The notes: a model not told the origin generated them from the letters alone. Positions 10,305 to 21,048 are shown, numbered from the stretch's first letter. The stretch is 64,000 bases of DNA from Candidatus Parcubacteria bacterium (GCA_963814275.1 CAWFCE010000002.1:298537-362536); one strand, 5' to 3'. Program-made: numbers and translations.

Positions 10305-11449
10305 ATGAGAGTATCGTATAATCGCCGGTGGGCCGCAGCCGCCCGGGACCAGGAATATTTTTCCTTGTATTCATTCAGTTTACGCGTCAGTTCCAGGCAG
10401 GCGGTTTTGTCGCTCAGGGCGAAGGACAGTTTGCCGGCCAGGTCGCCGCTATCGCCCGGCCGGGCGATAAAGCGGCGGTCACCGATTATTTCCGCCAGGT
10501 CGCCGACAGCCGTCACCACCATCGGACGGGTAAGCGCTAATGCTGTTTTGACCAGTCCGCTTGAAGCGTCAAAACGGCGATAGGGCAGGACGACTACATC
10601 CGCGACCGTTAACAACCGGGCGATTTCTTCTGCCGGAATATAGTATAGCTTTTTAACGATATACGGAGCCAGATCCAGTTCGTCAATTATTCCCTGGTAA
10701 ATATCCCAGCTACCCCATACCGTGCCGGCGATGATCAGTCGGGAAGAGGGATCATTCTTGATTACTTGGGACCAGGCCTTGAGCAGGACATCCAGGCCCT
10801 TGTAGGGGCGGATACTGCCGAAAAAAAGACAATATGTTTTAGACGGATCGAGCGCCAGTTTGTCCATGATCTCGGCGCGCGATCCGGTGATGGGCGGCAG
10901 TTGGCTGTCATATACACCGATGGGAATAACCGCCACGTCATCAGTTTTTATCCGGTATAGAGAGATTGCCTGACTTTTGTTCTGTTCGTTGTGGACGATG
11001 ATTTTATCGCACATCCTGACCAGGACACCCGTTAATATCGCGCCCAGGCCTCTTTGCTCGTGCGGCGTGACATTGTGGAGCGTCAGGATGGCCGGCCGCT
11101 TTTTTGTGAACCGGTTTACCAAGAGTATAGTAAAATAGACCGGGAACAGGATATGGGTCCACCATTGCAGATGGATGATATCGCCGGTAGCGGTCAGGGC
11201 GGCATCTAACCAGGAAAACGGATTGTACCAGGCCAATATCCGTTTTTCTACGCAGTTGCCGCTATCGTAGCGGCAATTTTTTCTTTCTTCATCGATCGCG
11301 CCCCCGGGGTAAAGCCATTCGGGATAAAGATTTTTGAAATTGACCAGCTCGAGCGGCAGATCGTTCGCGGCCAGTGAACGGGTGAGATGGTCGCTGTAGA
11401 CGCTGATGCTTTTTTGCGGATAAAACGCGGAAATTAATGTGACTTTCAT
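10301..11449 (-). CDS. Glycosyltransferase, GT4 (GT-B fold)
   Basis: 382 aa with the C-terminal GT1/GT4 signature ...ADVVVLPYRRFDASSGLVKTALALTRPMVVTAVGDLAEII. Confidence 0.75.
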   Translation of the reverse strand: MKVTLISAFYPQKSISVYSDHLTRSLAANDLPLELVNFKNLYPEWLYPGGAIDEERKNCRYDSGNCVEKRILAWYNPFSWLDAALTATGDIIHLQWWTHILFPVYFTILLVNRFTKKRPAILTLHNVTPHEQRGLGAILTGVLVRMCDKIIVHNEQNKSQAISLYRIKTDDVAVIPIGVYDSQLPPITGSRAEIMDKLALDPSKTYCLFFGSIRPYKGLDVLLKAWSQVIKNDPSSRLIIAGTVWGSWDIYQGIIDELDLAPYIVKKLYYIPAEEIARLLTVADVVVLPYRRFDASSGLVKTALALTRPMVVTAVGDLAEIIGDRRFIARPGDSGDLAGKLSFALSDKTACLELTRKLNEYKEKYSWSRAAAAHRRLYDTLI

Positions 11450-11456
11450 AGGTTTG

Positions 11457-13988
11457 TCAGTTTATCCGGTAGATCATATAGATACCGTCATCATAAACTA
11501 AATCCGTTTTAGTATCGAGAAATTTGCGGAAGGCATCGAGATCATCGTAGATACTGGGGCCCGCGCCCTCATATTGCCGGCGGTAGTCCGCCAGGCTGAT
11601 CCCTTTTATCTCCGGCCAATATTCGAACATGGTGTACATGTAGGAATGGACGATATACTTTATGTTATTTTTTTTCAGTAATTCATAATAATAATCGTTG
11701 CCATTTCGCAGGGCATAACCGGCTATCCCCAGATATGGATCGACATTAACCACCGTTTCTTGCGGGTTATCTATATAGGCCGCGCGGAAATCGCCGACGA
11801 CAATCGCTTTACCGCCCGAATCGGCGATCCGTCTGTTGAGATCTTCGGCCGCTTTGGCGAACGGGACAAAGCGGTAAAGGGCGTTATTGTCAGTTTCACT
11901 GCGCAAGAGGAACGGCAGATTGCCGTACACCGTAATATTCGTGATGAAGACCAGCGCCATTACCGGCAAATAAATTCGCGCCAGGGAGGGGAAGCGGACG
12001 AATAATACGGAAGCGAGCAGATATAGGATAATAAGCAGGGGGTAGAGATACCAAATTCCGCCGAAGCTGACTTTCTGCCAGGCGGCCAGGGCGACAATTA
12101 CGGCGGGCAGGATGATCATCAGCGCCCGGTATTTTCTCACGAAAAATAACAGGGGAATAATCACGATCAAGCCGAGAAAACCGGCATCATGCGAAGGCAC
12201 GTCGAATATCCGGTAGCCGATCGACTGATGCCAGAGAGCGCGCAGAATGGTAAGAGGGTTTTTGCCGGTCGCGGGATAGTCCAGTTTGAGCTGCATAACT
12301 TCTTCTCCGCGCATTCGTTGGTAGCCGGGCAAGCCGCTATCGTTCAAGTAGCCGCCGGTAGCGCCGGGCAAGCCGAAGATCTTTTGCGGATAAAGCGGAT
12401 TGGCGAAAACAACCGTGTTTTTTATCGCCCAAGGTGAAAATGCGGCCAGGGCAAGGACAACGGCAACGGCCAGGGAAATGATTGTTTGACGCCACTGTGA
12501 ACGCCTTCTGGCCAGGGCGGCAATCGCAAAAGACGCCAGTAACACTGCGGCAAAAGGGATGGCGGTATATTTGATGCCGACGGCAATGCCCGTGAACAAT
12601 CCGGCCAGATAGAGATATTTCTTGTCGAATGTGTCCAGCCAGAGCCATAAGAGCAGAAGGATATGCAGCAAATACAAAGCCAGCCACAAATCGACTTTGG
12701 CGGTATGAATGAAGTAAATGTTTATCGGGATGAATAAAACCGTTGCCAGGGCTATCAGGGCATGCTGCCGGCCGAAAAATCTGTCGGCAATCGCGAATAC
12801 GCTTAAAATAATCAGGAAAAACGCCAGCCAGGAATGAAGCATTACGAGCGGAGGGCCGCCAGCCAGAATGGCGATCGAATAAAGCATTTCGACGTTCTGT
12901 CCCATGTTGGCGTGGCCGTAATAACCGAGCGGGATATATCCGCCCTGGCCGACATACGCCATTGGGGCGGCAAAATAAGTATTCAGACTGTCGGCATCAG
13001 CCGGCGCGGGCCAGTAGCTGGTAACGAAAAAAAGCGAAGCGAAGAACAGCGTCAATATGGCTATTGCCGCGAGCCAGGCCCGGCCAGGCGTATCGTATTC
13101 CATCGTCAATATCGTTTGGACAGGCTGTTTGTATATTTTTTTCAAATAAGGCCAGCTGCACGCCAGGATCAGGAGGGCGAGGACGGTTATCGCCGCCGCG
13201 TTCAGCCAGCCGCCTAAGGCCAGAAAAAAAGTGCCCAGCATAAACGGAATCAGACCGATCGTAATCGAAATCAAACCGGTCGCGAGGCTGCGGTCCGGGG
13301 CCAGCCCGAGCCGGTCGAGTAATTGACGGCCAAAAATATGGGTTACTGCGAGCAGGACAACAAAATACAAGGCAGCCATTATAAGCCGTTGCCAAAGCGA
13401 GATAGCCGAAAAAATTACCGATGAGTCGATCACAAATATAGAGGAAAGCGGATTGGCCGGCAAATAGGCCAGCAAAGCGGTTGCCGTCAAAATGACAGCG
13501 AAGCCCAACGTGAACTTCCATAAACCGCGCCGGCACAGCCGGACCAAAAAAAGAATAGCGATAAGTAGCGACAGAGACGCGATGATATTCGGAATGGTTT
13601 CCGGCCGGCCGATCAATTTTTCCGGGTTGCCGGCCAGCCCCGAGATCTTGGCGGTTATTGCCAAAAACCAGCTCAAAAACACGAAGACAAAAATTATATC
13701 AGCCTGGTTCAGTTCGATCACCCGGACATTTACGAGCCGCGCTATCGCTTTGCGTATGTCGGCAAAATCGAACCGGTATAACGGACCCTTGCGAAGCAGA
13801 ATGACAAAGATAACAGGGAATATAAAAAAGCAGGCAATCGCTAAAGGGAATAGATACCGATGGTTATAGCAATACAAAAACATGGGTACAAAGACCCATA
13901 TCATTAAGAGCGCCGTTTCCCAGTGCTGGCGCAGGAAAGATTCTGTCTTTTTCGGCGTGTTATTCATCGGTCCCGCCATTTTCATCAT
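11457..13988 (-). CDS. Large polytopic GT-C-like glycosyltransferase (ArnT/PMT-like) with a C-terminal soluble domain
   Basis: 843 aa with more than 15 hydrophobic helices followed by a ~170-aa soluble tail. It is embedded between polyprenol-phosphate-sugar-type GT2 genes. The family assignment is an inference from architecture. Confidence 0.5.
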   Translation of the reverse strand: MMKMAGPMNNTPKKTESFLRQHWETALLMIWVFVPMFLYCYNHRYLFPLAIACFFIFPVIFVILLRKGPLYRFDFADIRKAIARLVNVRVIELNQADIIFVFVFLSWFLAITAKISGLAGNPEKLIGRPETIPNIIASLSLLIAILFLVRLCRRGLWKFTLGFAVILTATALLAYLPANPLSSIFVIDSSVIFSAISLWQRLIMAALYFVVLLAVTHIFGRQLLDRLGLAPDRSLATGLISITIGLIPFMLGTFFLALGGWLNAAAITVLALLILACSWPYLKKIYKQPVQTILTMEYDTPGRAWLAAIAILTLFFASLFFVTSYWPAPADADSLNTYFAAPMAYVGQGGYIPLGYYGHANMGQNVEMLYSIAILAGGPPLVMLHSWLAFFLIILSVFAIADRFFGRQHALIALATVLFIPINIYFIHTAKVDLWLALYLLHILLLLWLWLDTFDKKYLYLAGLFTGIAVGIKYTAIPFAAVLLASFAIAALARRRSQWRQTIISLAVAVVLALAAFSPWAIKNTVVFANPLYPQKIFGLPGATGGYLNDSGLPGYQRMRGEEVMQLKLDYPATGKNPLTILRALWHQSIGYRIFDVPSHDAGFLGLIVIIPLLFFVRKYRALMIILPAVIVALAAWQKVSFGGIWYLYPLLIILYLLASVLFVRFPSLARIYLPVMALVFITNITVYGNLPFLLRSETDNNALYRFVPFAKAAEDLNRRIADSGGKAIVVGDFRAAYIDNPQETVVNVDPYLGIAGYALRNGNDYYYELLKKNNIKYIVHSYMYTMFEYWPEIKGISLADYRRQYEGAGPSIYDDLDAFRKFLDTKTDLVYDDGIYMIYRIN

Positions 13989-14922
13989 ATTGCCGTTTTT
14001 TTAATAACAAAAGGATTTCTTCATTCAATTTCCGGTTGCGGGCGATCAGATCGCCCAAAAGGCCGAGTATTATCGTAAAAAATCCCATCAAGATGAGGAT
14101 AGCCGACAGGATAAGCGACTGGATGCGGCTGCCGCCGGCGCCGGCGAGCGATAAATAGATATGCCTGAGCCCAAGCAAGATGCCGGGAAACATAATAAGA
14201 AGGCCGAAATAAAAAAGCGTTTTTAGCGGCTTATACATTAGTACCGACCGGATGATCGTGGACGAAGATTTTTTTATGTGAGTAAACAGATTGTTGATCA
14301 GGCGCGATGATCTATCGGGGCGCGGCCTAACCGTTATCGGCATGTTGGCAATGGCCAAATTCTTGTATATCGCCTGGATGATCGTTTCGTGGGTGTAGGT
14401 ATAGCCGGAATTTATATTGAGCTGCATTGCCAGCGAACGTGAAAAGGCGCGGAAACCGCAGGAAAAATCGTTGATTTCCGACCCGGTAAGACGCTTCAGG
14501 ATCCAATCGCCGAATAGATTGCCGTATCTGTTTCCCCAGGGCATTTCTTTCCGGTTCCTGACCTGGCGGTCGCCGACTACGAGATCAGCCCGGCGGCGGA
14601 TGATCGGTTCGATCAAACGCGGGATCTCGTTGGCGTCGAACTGGTTGTCGCCGTCGATATTGACGATAATTTCGCCGCCGCCCAGGAGAGCGGCATCCAG
14701 GCCGCGGGAAAAGGTCTTGGCCAGGCCCATGTTCCTGCCACTTGATATCACTTTGTCTGCCCCGGCAGACGCGGCAGCTTTTGCCGTGTTATCTTTCGAA
14801 CCGTCGTCCAGAACGTACACTTCGGTCTGGCTTATGCCCGGGGTCTGCCGCGGGATGGACCGGACGACCGCCCCGATCGTCCGCTCTTCATTATAAGCGG
14901 GTATGATAACGATTAGCTTCAT
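13960..14922 (-). CDS. GT2 glycosyltransferase, polyprenol-phosphate sugar synthase-like with C-terminal TM helices
   Basis: IIPAYNEERTI, LDDGSKDNT and NIDGDNQFD (DXD) are present, with two C-terminal TM helices as in DPM1/GtrB-like enzymes. Confidence 0.8.
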   Translation of the reverse strand: MKLIVIIPAYNEERTIGAVVRSIPRQTPGISQTEVYVLDDGSKDNTAKAAASAGADKVISSGRNMGLAKTFSRGLDAALLGGGEIIVNIDGDNQFDANEIPRLIEPIIRRRADLVVGDRQVRNRKEMPWGNRYGNLFGDWILKRLTGSEINDFSCGFRAFSRSLAMQLNINSGYTYTHETIIQAIYKNLAIANMPITVRPRPDRSSRLINNLFTHIKKSSSTIIRSVLMYKPLKTLFYFGLLIMFPGILLGLRHIYLSLAGAGGSRIQSLILSAILILMGFFTIILGLLGDLIARNRKLNEEILLLLKKRQYDENGGTDE

Positions 14923-14962
14923 ATAATCTTGATTTCCTAATTTCTAATATCTGGTTTCTGCA

Positions 14963-15721
14963 TCAAGCATCATTTTGTTCTGCTGTCTTCTTGTCTATTT
15001 TGTAACGCCCGCGCACACGGTTAAGAAAAATACCGAGAACTTCACGCAGAGTGACAAAATATCCGCTAAGACCGACCCGGCTGACCGGCCCGTTGGTCCA
15101 GCGGACCGGAATGATGGCGATTCGGTAGCCGGCCGATCTGGCCAGCATCAATATCTCGGCATCGATCGCCCAGCGGTCCAATGTCGTATGAGGGAGAAGC
15201 GTGGCAGCAGCTTGGGCGCTCAGTACTTTGAAGCCGCATTGAGTGTCCCAAATACCTTTGACCGAAAGCGCCTGGAAGATCAGGTTGCCAACTTTACCGA
15301 AAGCCCGCTTCCACCGGGCCTGGGACCTTACTATCCTGCTCCCGGCGGCATCACGAGGATGGCGGCTGCCGATAACGATATCGGCATTGTTTCTGAAATG
15401 CGGCCAGACCGAATCCAAATGGTCGATGGTCGTGGCGTTATCGGCGTCTATAAACAGACGAAAGTCGCCACCGGCCTGGAGCAATCCGGTGCGGATAGCT
15501 GCGCCCTTGCCTCGGTTTGATTCATGCTCGACTAATTTTATCATCGGAAATTTCGCCGCCAGTTCCCGCGCGGTATTTCCTGTCCGGTCGGTCGAGCCGT
15601 CATTAACGATTATTATTTCATAGGCATAATTTTGCCTATCCAGGTATTCGCGGAAGCGGCCGATGGTTTGTTCCAGGCTTTTTTCTTCATTATAGGCGGG
15701 AATGATAATTGACAACTGCAT
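14963..15721 (-). CDS. GT2 glycosyltransferase (dolichyl/polyprenyl-phosphate beta-glucosyltransferase-like)
   Basis: IIPAYNEEKSL, VNDGSTDRT, NRGKGAAIRTG and IDADNAT are classic GT2 motifs. Confidence 0.8.
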   Translation of the reverse strand: MQLSIIIPAYNEEKSLEQTIGRFREYLDRQNYAYEIIIVNDGSTDRTGNTARELAAKFPMIKLVEHESNRGKGAAIRTGLLQAGGDFRLFIDADNATTIDHLDSVWPHFRNNADIVIGSRHPRDAAGSRIVRSQARWKRAFGKVGNLIFQALSVKGIWDTQCGFKVLSAQAAATLLPHTTLDRWAIDAEILMLARSAGYRIAIIPVRWTNGPVSRVGLSGYFVTLREVLGIFLNRVRGRYKIDKKTAEQNDA

Positions 15722-15858
15722 AATCGAGATAAATAGCTTAAAATTTGGCGGCTCTATATCTAATTATATTTTATCCAATTTTAAATAAATATTCCATACT
15801 TCTCGGTTTTCTCGAAACGGCAGGATCACCAGGCAAAAGGTCCGATACGGGCAATATA

Positions 15859-17485
15859 TTATTCCGATGCTAAACGGTGATAGACCACGCTGTAGTCATC
15901 GGCATAAGCCAATTCCCAATCGGCGGCATCATCCAGTATATTGTAGATTGTTTTATCCATTTCGTTATCCGCGTCGCTTGGATTATTCGCATAGCCGAAT
16001 AATAAGCGTTCGTACCAGCGGTATGTTTGCGGGTGTTGCGCCGGCAGCAATGCCAGGCCGATATTGAATTGGTCCATTTTGTCCAATGTCAGTTCGGGAT
16101 CGTAAAATTCGAAATATTCTTCCAGAAAAGTATGCCCGGCGTAAGGGTATTGCGGAAAGCGCCCATCGATGAAAATTTGTTTTTCCGGCCAATTCCATAC
16201 CAAGTAGCCGCCCCAGGCATATGAGTTGAATATATTATTTTTAGCCAGGTCAGGATTTTGTTTTATAAATTCCAAGGCGGAGCAGGGGTATTGGCGGCAG
16301 AATTTCGGCGAAACGAAAGGGTTATTGGTAAAGTCGGTTTTCAATATTTGTGTTGACATCGCTAATAATAAGCCGAGTGTGACGTAAATTCTGATAAATG
16401 TGTTGTTAACGATGAATTGTTTGATTTTTTCCGGCACTTCGAATATCGCATCAGCCGCCAGGGTCAATGCCGGAAAGGAAACGATGAAAAAAAGCGGAAA
16501 ATGGCGGCGGGATTTTATGGCCAGGGCCATAAAAAAAGAGGGAAAGGAAAAATTGCCAAGGGGGTAATTTTTTCAAACTCGGACTGGATCTTAGTGAGAG
16601 GAAATAAAGGCCGAACAAGGAGGCGGCGACAGCCAGAAGTATGGTTTGATGGATGAAAACAGGATGAGCCCAAGCCGGCAGCCACTCATTGATATGTTTC
16701 AGATAATAAGAATTGCCATAATCGGTTAGAAATGAGTATAACTTGTAATTATAAGGCGTCAAAAAGGTGGCGCCGACAGACAATACGAAGACGGTAATCA
16801 CGCGCCTGAAATCCTGCCGGCTAAGCGGCTGGTCCTTCTGGAAATAAGCGGGCCAGTGCCAGCGGGCAGTCAAAGGAAATATCAGCTTGAAAGAAAGCCA
16901 AAGCGGAATAATGAAGAGGCCGATGAGAAAACTCCCATGCAAATTCGCCCAAATCGCGAAAAGCGGTATCAGCCAAAGCAAGGTCATAGGCTGCCTTTTC
17001 CGGTCAAAAGCTTCAATGATCATAACAACCAGCAGCAGGAATAAAATCGCCAGTTCCTGCAGTCTGACGCCCAGGCTGGGCAGAGAAGCGTACATACCGG
17101 ATAACAATAGTATTGCAATCAAAATCCGGGGATTTCGCGGACTAAAAAATTTCAAAGTAAAACGATGCAGCAGAGCCAGGGTCAAAACAACCAGTAAGGC
17201 AAAAATTATATTGAGACCCGCATATCCCACGCTATCATACAGCCAATAGATAGTAGCGTTAAACAGCCATTCGTGATCGACCCATTCCGCCCCGTTTAAG
17301 GGAAAATTATAATAATCAAGGTGCGGAACGGATCTGTCCGTTAATATTTGCTTGCCTACCGCAATGTGCCAACCGAAATCAGGGTCTAAATAAGAAAAAG
17401 AGTTTTTAGCTAATATTAAAAATAAAAATAAATAAAAAAAGACTATAATCAGCTTATATTGCCAGTGTTTTTTATCCATAGCCAC
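15859..17485 (-). pseudogene. Polytopic membrane protein (possible GT-C-like) split into two overlapping ORFs by one extra base in an A7/T7 run
   Basis: ORFs 16451..17485 and 15859..16530 overlap by 80 nt in different frames. Removing one T from the T7 run (plus A7 at 16531-16537) joins them: ...FLSLFF + MALAIKSRRHFPLFFIVSFPALTL.... The corrected length is 1626 nt, or 542 codons. Confidence 0.6.
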
Positions 17486-17569
17486 AGTGTTTTTATGAAT
17501 CGAGTAGACTTACGCAAAATTTACTATGTAATAAATACTATCATATTTAAAAAAGGCTGGCTATAAAAT

Positions 17570-17598
17570 TTGTTAGTAGGGTGAAAATTTGGTATAAT
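17570..17598 (+). promoter_or_regulatory. Sigma70-type promoter for the first pilin gene
   Basis: TTGTTA (17570-75), a 17-nt spacer, then the extended -10 TGgTATAAT (17590-98). It lies ~110 nt upstream of the SD sequence (agggggtg) and the ATG at 17709. Confidence 0.55.
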
Positions 17599-17708
17599 AA
17601 AATAAATGTTAATAACTTGCCCAGGCAATCGAAAGATGGCCTCAAACTAAGTATCTTATAGAACGATAAAGATATTAATTTTTAATACAACTAGAAAGGG
17701 GGTGAAAT

Positions 17709-18101
17709 ATGAAAAAGATTTTTTTCAATCTCACCATTTCTCTGGTATTATCCGTTTTTATCCTATCTTTGGCGGCCATGCCTTTGCTGGCAGCGACTGA
17801 CGCTAATATCGGATTGAATTACGCGCAAAACTTCGGCTTGAAGTCACAGAATGGCGATGTCCGGGAAGTTGCCGTGAGCATTGTCCGCTATTTGATGACT
17901 TTTCTGGGGATTATCGCGACAGTAGTAATCCTTTTGGGCGGCTTCCGCTGGATGACAGCGGCCGGCAATGAGGATAAAGTGGCTGAAGCCAAGAAGCTTC
18001 TGGTAGCCGGTGTCGTCGGTTTGATCATTATTTTAGCGGCCTTTGCAATCGTTACCTTCGTGGTCGGCATTACCAATAACGCCATAACCGGGAAGTTCTA
18101 G
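17709..18101 (+). CDS. VirB2/TrbC-like two-helix pilin-like protein, paralog 1
   Basis: Signal peptide (LSLAAMPLLAA), then LNYAQNFGLKSQNGDVREVAVSIVRYLMTFLGIIA-TM1-GGFRWMTAAGNEDKVAEAKK-TM2. The two TM helices around a short charged loop match the VirB2/TrbC architecture. A strong SD precedes the start. Confidence 0.8.
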   Translation: MKKIFFNLTISLVLSVFILSLAAMPLLAATDANIGLNYAQNFGLKSQNGDVREVAVSIVRYLMTFLGIIATVVILLGGFRWMTAAGNEDKVAEAKKLLVAGVVGLIIILAAFAIVTFVVGITNNAITGKF

Positions 18102-18250
18102 TTTTTTCAAACTGAAAAACTCGGTTTATAAAAGTCCGATTACCCGATATCTGGCGAGAGGATGAACCTGCTCGCAGCGGCGCATCGGAAATGGCTGGCA
18201 CATGAGTGACCAGTTTATATACATATAATTCAAAGTAAACATCTAAAATT

Positions 18251-18634
18251 ATGAAAAAAATTTATCTAAAATCGTTAATGTTCGTATTGATGTTCTCAAT
18301 GCTGACTTTGGCGGCCATGCCGGTTCTGGCAGCTGAAGCCGACCTCGGCTTGAATTACGCCATGAATTTCGGCCTCCAGGCGCAGAATGGCGATGTCCGC
18401 GATGTTGCCGTTAGCATCGTTCGTTATCTGATGACCTTCCTCGGTATTATCGCCGTTATCATTATCTTGATCGGCGGTTTCCGCTGGATGACCGCAGCCG
18501 GCAACGAGGATAAAGTAGCCAGCGCCAAGAAAACGATAATCGCCGGTGCAATCGGTCTGGTTATTGTAATTGCCGCGTTCGCTATCGTTACCTTCGTGGT
18601 GCAGTTTACCAATAACGCCTTGTTTACCAGTTAA
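18251..18634 (+). CDS. VirB2/TrbC-like pilin-like protein, paralog 2
   Basis: Same architecture, with GGFRWMTAAGNEDKVASAKK. It is closely related to paralogs 1, 3 and 4 at the protein level, with many synonymous DNA differences. Confidence 0.8.
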   Translation: MKKIYLKSLMFVLMFSMLTLAAMPVLAAEADLGLNYAMNFGLQAQNGDVRDVAVSIVRYLMTFLGIIAVIIILIGGFRWMTAAGNEDKVASAKKTIIAGAIGLVIVIAAFAIVTFVVQFTNNALFTS

Positions 18635-18690
18635 TTATCCTTAGGATATTAGGAGGCGCTAAATAAAATTTTAGCGTAAATAATAATTTT

Positions 18691-19074
18691 ATGAAGTATA
18701 AGCAACGATTAGCTATAAGTTTTGTGCTTATCTTATCGAGCATTTGCGTTATCGCCATGCCTGTTCTGGCAGCCGATCTTGATTTGGGCATGAACTACGC
18801 CCTGAATTTCGGCCTCCAGGCGCAGAACGGCGATGTGCGCGATGTTGCGGTTACCATTGTCCGTTATTTGATGACATTCCTGGGAATAATCGCGGTAATT
18901 ATAATATTATACGGTGGTTTTCTCTGGATGACGGCTGCCGGTAACGAGGATAAAGTAGGCCGCGCGAAACGTATTATTATCGCCGGCGCGATCGGTCTGG
19001 TAGTAATCATCGCTGCCTTCGCTATCGTCACATTCGTTATTCAGTTCACTAACAACGCCCTGTTTACCGCATAA
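18691..19074 (+). CDS. VirB2/TrbC-like pilin-like protein, paralog 3
   Basis: Signal peptide, then LNFGLQAQNGDVRDVAVTIVRYLMTFLGIIA and GGFLWMTAAGNEDKVGRAKR. Confidence 0.8.
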   Translation: MKYKQRLAISFVLILSSICVIAMPVLAADLDLGMNYALNFGLQAQNGDVRDVAVTIVRYLMTFLGIIAVIIILYGGFLWMTAAGNEDKVGRAKRIIIAGAIGLVVIIAAFAIVTFVIQFTNNALFTA

Positions 19075-19131
19075 CGAATTATCCGGCAATACCCATTCTA
19101 ACGCTTGTCTGGGAGACAAGCCGATCTATAT

Positions 19132-19527
19132 ATGGCAATCAAAAGAAAATACAATATTGCCATGACAATATGCGCTATTATTGTCTTATTGGTGACATTC
19201 GCTAAGGTCGTTCCCGTCCATGCGATCGATATCGGTCTTGATTATGCCAAGAATATCGATTTGCCGGAAGCGGGCGATGAGGATATCCGTACTACCGCTG
19301 TCAATATTATCAAATACCTGATAACATTTTTGGGTATCATTGCGGTGGGGATAATGCTCTATGGCGGTTTTATCTGGATGACGGCTGCCGGCAATGACGA
19401 TCGAGTCGGTCGGGCTAAGCGGATTATAATTGCCGGTGCGATCGGCCTGATCGTAATTCTGGCCTCTTACGCTATCGTAAATTTTGTATTCCAGATAGCG
19501 CAAAATGCAATTAATGGAGATATATGA
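19132..19527 (+). CDS. VirB2/TrbC-like pilin-like protein, paralog 4
   Basis: The track ORF begins at a TTG (19105). The ATG at 19132 (MAIKRKYNIAMTICAIIVLL) is more plausible. Core motif GGFIWMTAAGNDDRVGRAKR. Confidence 0.75.
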   Translation: MAIKRKYNIAMTICAIIVLLVTFAKVVPVHAIDIGLDYAKNIDLPEAGDEDIRTTAVNIIKYLITFLGIIAVGIMLYGGFIWMTAAGNDDRVGRAKRIIIAGAIGLIVILASYAIVNFVFQIAQNAINGDI

Positions 19528-19616
19528 TACGTCGGGGGGCCGGTTTCCGGCCCCCTGTCTGGATCTTTCGGCCGTACCTGAATAAAAATACAAAATCTTG
19601 TGATATATAGGCAAAT

Positions 19617-20054
19617 ATGAAAACAAGGGCAACAAAAACAAAAAAAATACAATATAAAGTTACAATGACAGTAGCCGTATTGGCTATTTTTATTTTTGGA
19701 CTAAGCGCCATATGTCCTGTTTTGGCTGGTTCGGGCGTAGATAATGCGATCGGCGGGCTCAAAAAATCCGGCAGCTGGGCTTACGATAATGCTGATGGGA
19801 CTAGTGATCCCAAAAGTGTTGCCACCGATCTCCCCTCGGCCATCGGTAAGGTGGTAGGCGCGATCCTGGCTTTTATCGGCGTATTATTTCTGATCCTGAT
19901 AATTTACGGCGGTTTTACCTGGATGGTTGCGCGCGGCAATGAATCGGAAGTCACCCGGGCCAAAGACATGATTCAGGCAGCTGTTATCGGCTTGGTCATA
20001 GTTCTGGCTGCGTACGCGATCACCACATATGTGGGAAGCATAATTAGCGGTTAA
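19617..20054 (+). CDS. VirB2/TrbC-like pilin-like protein, paralog 5
   Basis: Signal/TM segment, a divergent ectodomain, then the core IYGGFTWMVARGNESEVTRAKD followed by TM2. Confidence 0.75.
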   Translation: MKTRATKTKKIQYKVTMTVAVLAIFIFGLSAICPVLAGSGVDNAIGGLKKSGSWAYDNADGTSDPKSVATDLPSAIGKVVGAILAFIGVLFLILIIYGGFTWMVARGNESEVTRAKDMIQAAVIGLVIVLAAYAITTYVGSIISG

Positions 20055-20127
20055 TTGCGGGATAAAGCAGTATTTATAAAGAATGTACAAAAAATAACAT
20101 TTCATAATTAAATCAAAATTTTAATTT

Positions 20128-20553
20128 GTGAAAAGCGTTTTAAGCAAAAGACGAATTAGATATATATATTTTACGATATTGGGATATTTATTGATTTATG
20201 CGCCGTATGTTTCGGCGGATACTGCTGCCGACCGGTTCAAGAGCTCAGCCGAGGCGACTGCCCGCGCTACCGGGCATTTGACTGCGAGTGGCGGGGGTAA
20301 GGGGATATTTTCCGCCAAAACGCTTCCCGAAGCGATTGGAGTAGTAATCAGTATTATACTGTCCATACTGGGAGTCCTCTTTCTGGGATTGATCGTATAC
20401 GGCGGATATCTCTGGATGATCGACCGGGGAGAACAGAAAGAAGCCCAAAAGGCGCGCAGTATCATAATTAATTCAGTGATCGGCCTGTTCATCGTTCTGG
20501 CCGCTTACGTGATTACGGATTTTCTGATCACAAACGTATTCAAATCGATTTAA
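20128..20553 (+). CDS. VirB2/TrbC-like pilin-like protein, paralog 6
   Basis: GTG start. Core VYGGYLWMIDRGEQKEAQKARS flanked by two hydrophobic helices. Confidence 0.7.
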   Translation: MKSVLSKRRIRYIYFTILGYLLIYAPYVSADTAADRFKSSAEATARATGHLTASGGGKGIFSAKTLPEAIGVVISIILSILGVLFLGLIVYGGYLWMIDRGEQKEAQKARSIIINSVIGLFIVLAAYVITDFLITNVFKSI

Positions 20554-20562
20554 GAGATAAAT

Positions 20563-20949
20563 ATGGCCAAAAAACTGATTAGTCTTATAGTGTTGCTCGC
20601 GGTATTTTCGGTCTTTTGCCTGCCGGCCTATGCCGGAAATTTGTCCGATGCCTGGACAAACGCCAAAACCGCGGCCGACAGCGCCGGATATAGTACCAGT
20701 AATACCAGCATCGACTCGGTAGTCGCTTTGGTGATAAATATAGCTTTGTCCATTTTGGGCGTGATTTTCGTGGGCCTTATGGTATACGGTGGTTTTCTCT
20801 GGATGACCGACCGGGGAAATGAGGACCAGGTCAAGCGGGCCCGCAACCTGATCTCGGCAGCCATTATCGGCCTCATTATCGTCGCTTCGGCCTACGCTAT
20901 CAGTATATTCGTTCTGACCCGGATAACCGAGAAAACGCTTGCCAAGTAA
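20563..20949 (+). CDS. VirB2/TrbC-like pilin-like protein, paralog 7
   Basis: Core VYGGFLWMTDRGNEDQVKRARN. It starts 9 nt after the previous stop. Confidence 0.75.
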   Translation: MAKKLISLIVLLAVFSVFCLPAYAGNLSDAWTNAKTAADSAGYSTSNTSIDSVVALVINIALSILGVIFVGLMVYGGFLWMTDRGNEDQVKRARNLISAAIIGLIIVASAYAISIFVLTRITEKTLAK

Positions 20950-21048
20950 TCGAGGTATATTGTCGCGTTTAAAATCCTCATAAATATTGCTTTTAATGTT
21001 ACTGTGTAGTAAAGTTAAAACTGGAAATAAAATAACGGCATTAAAATT

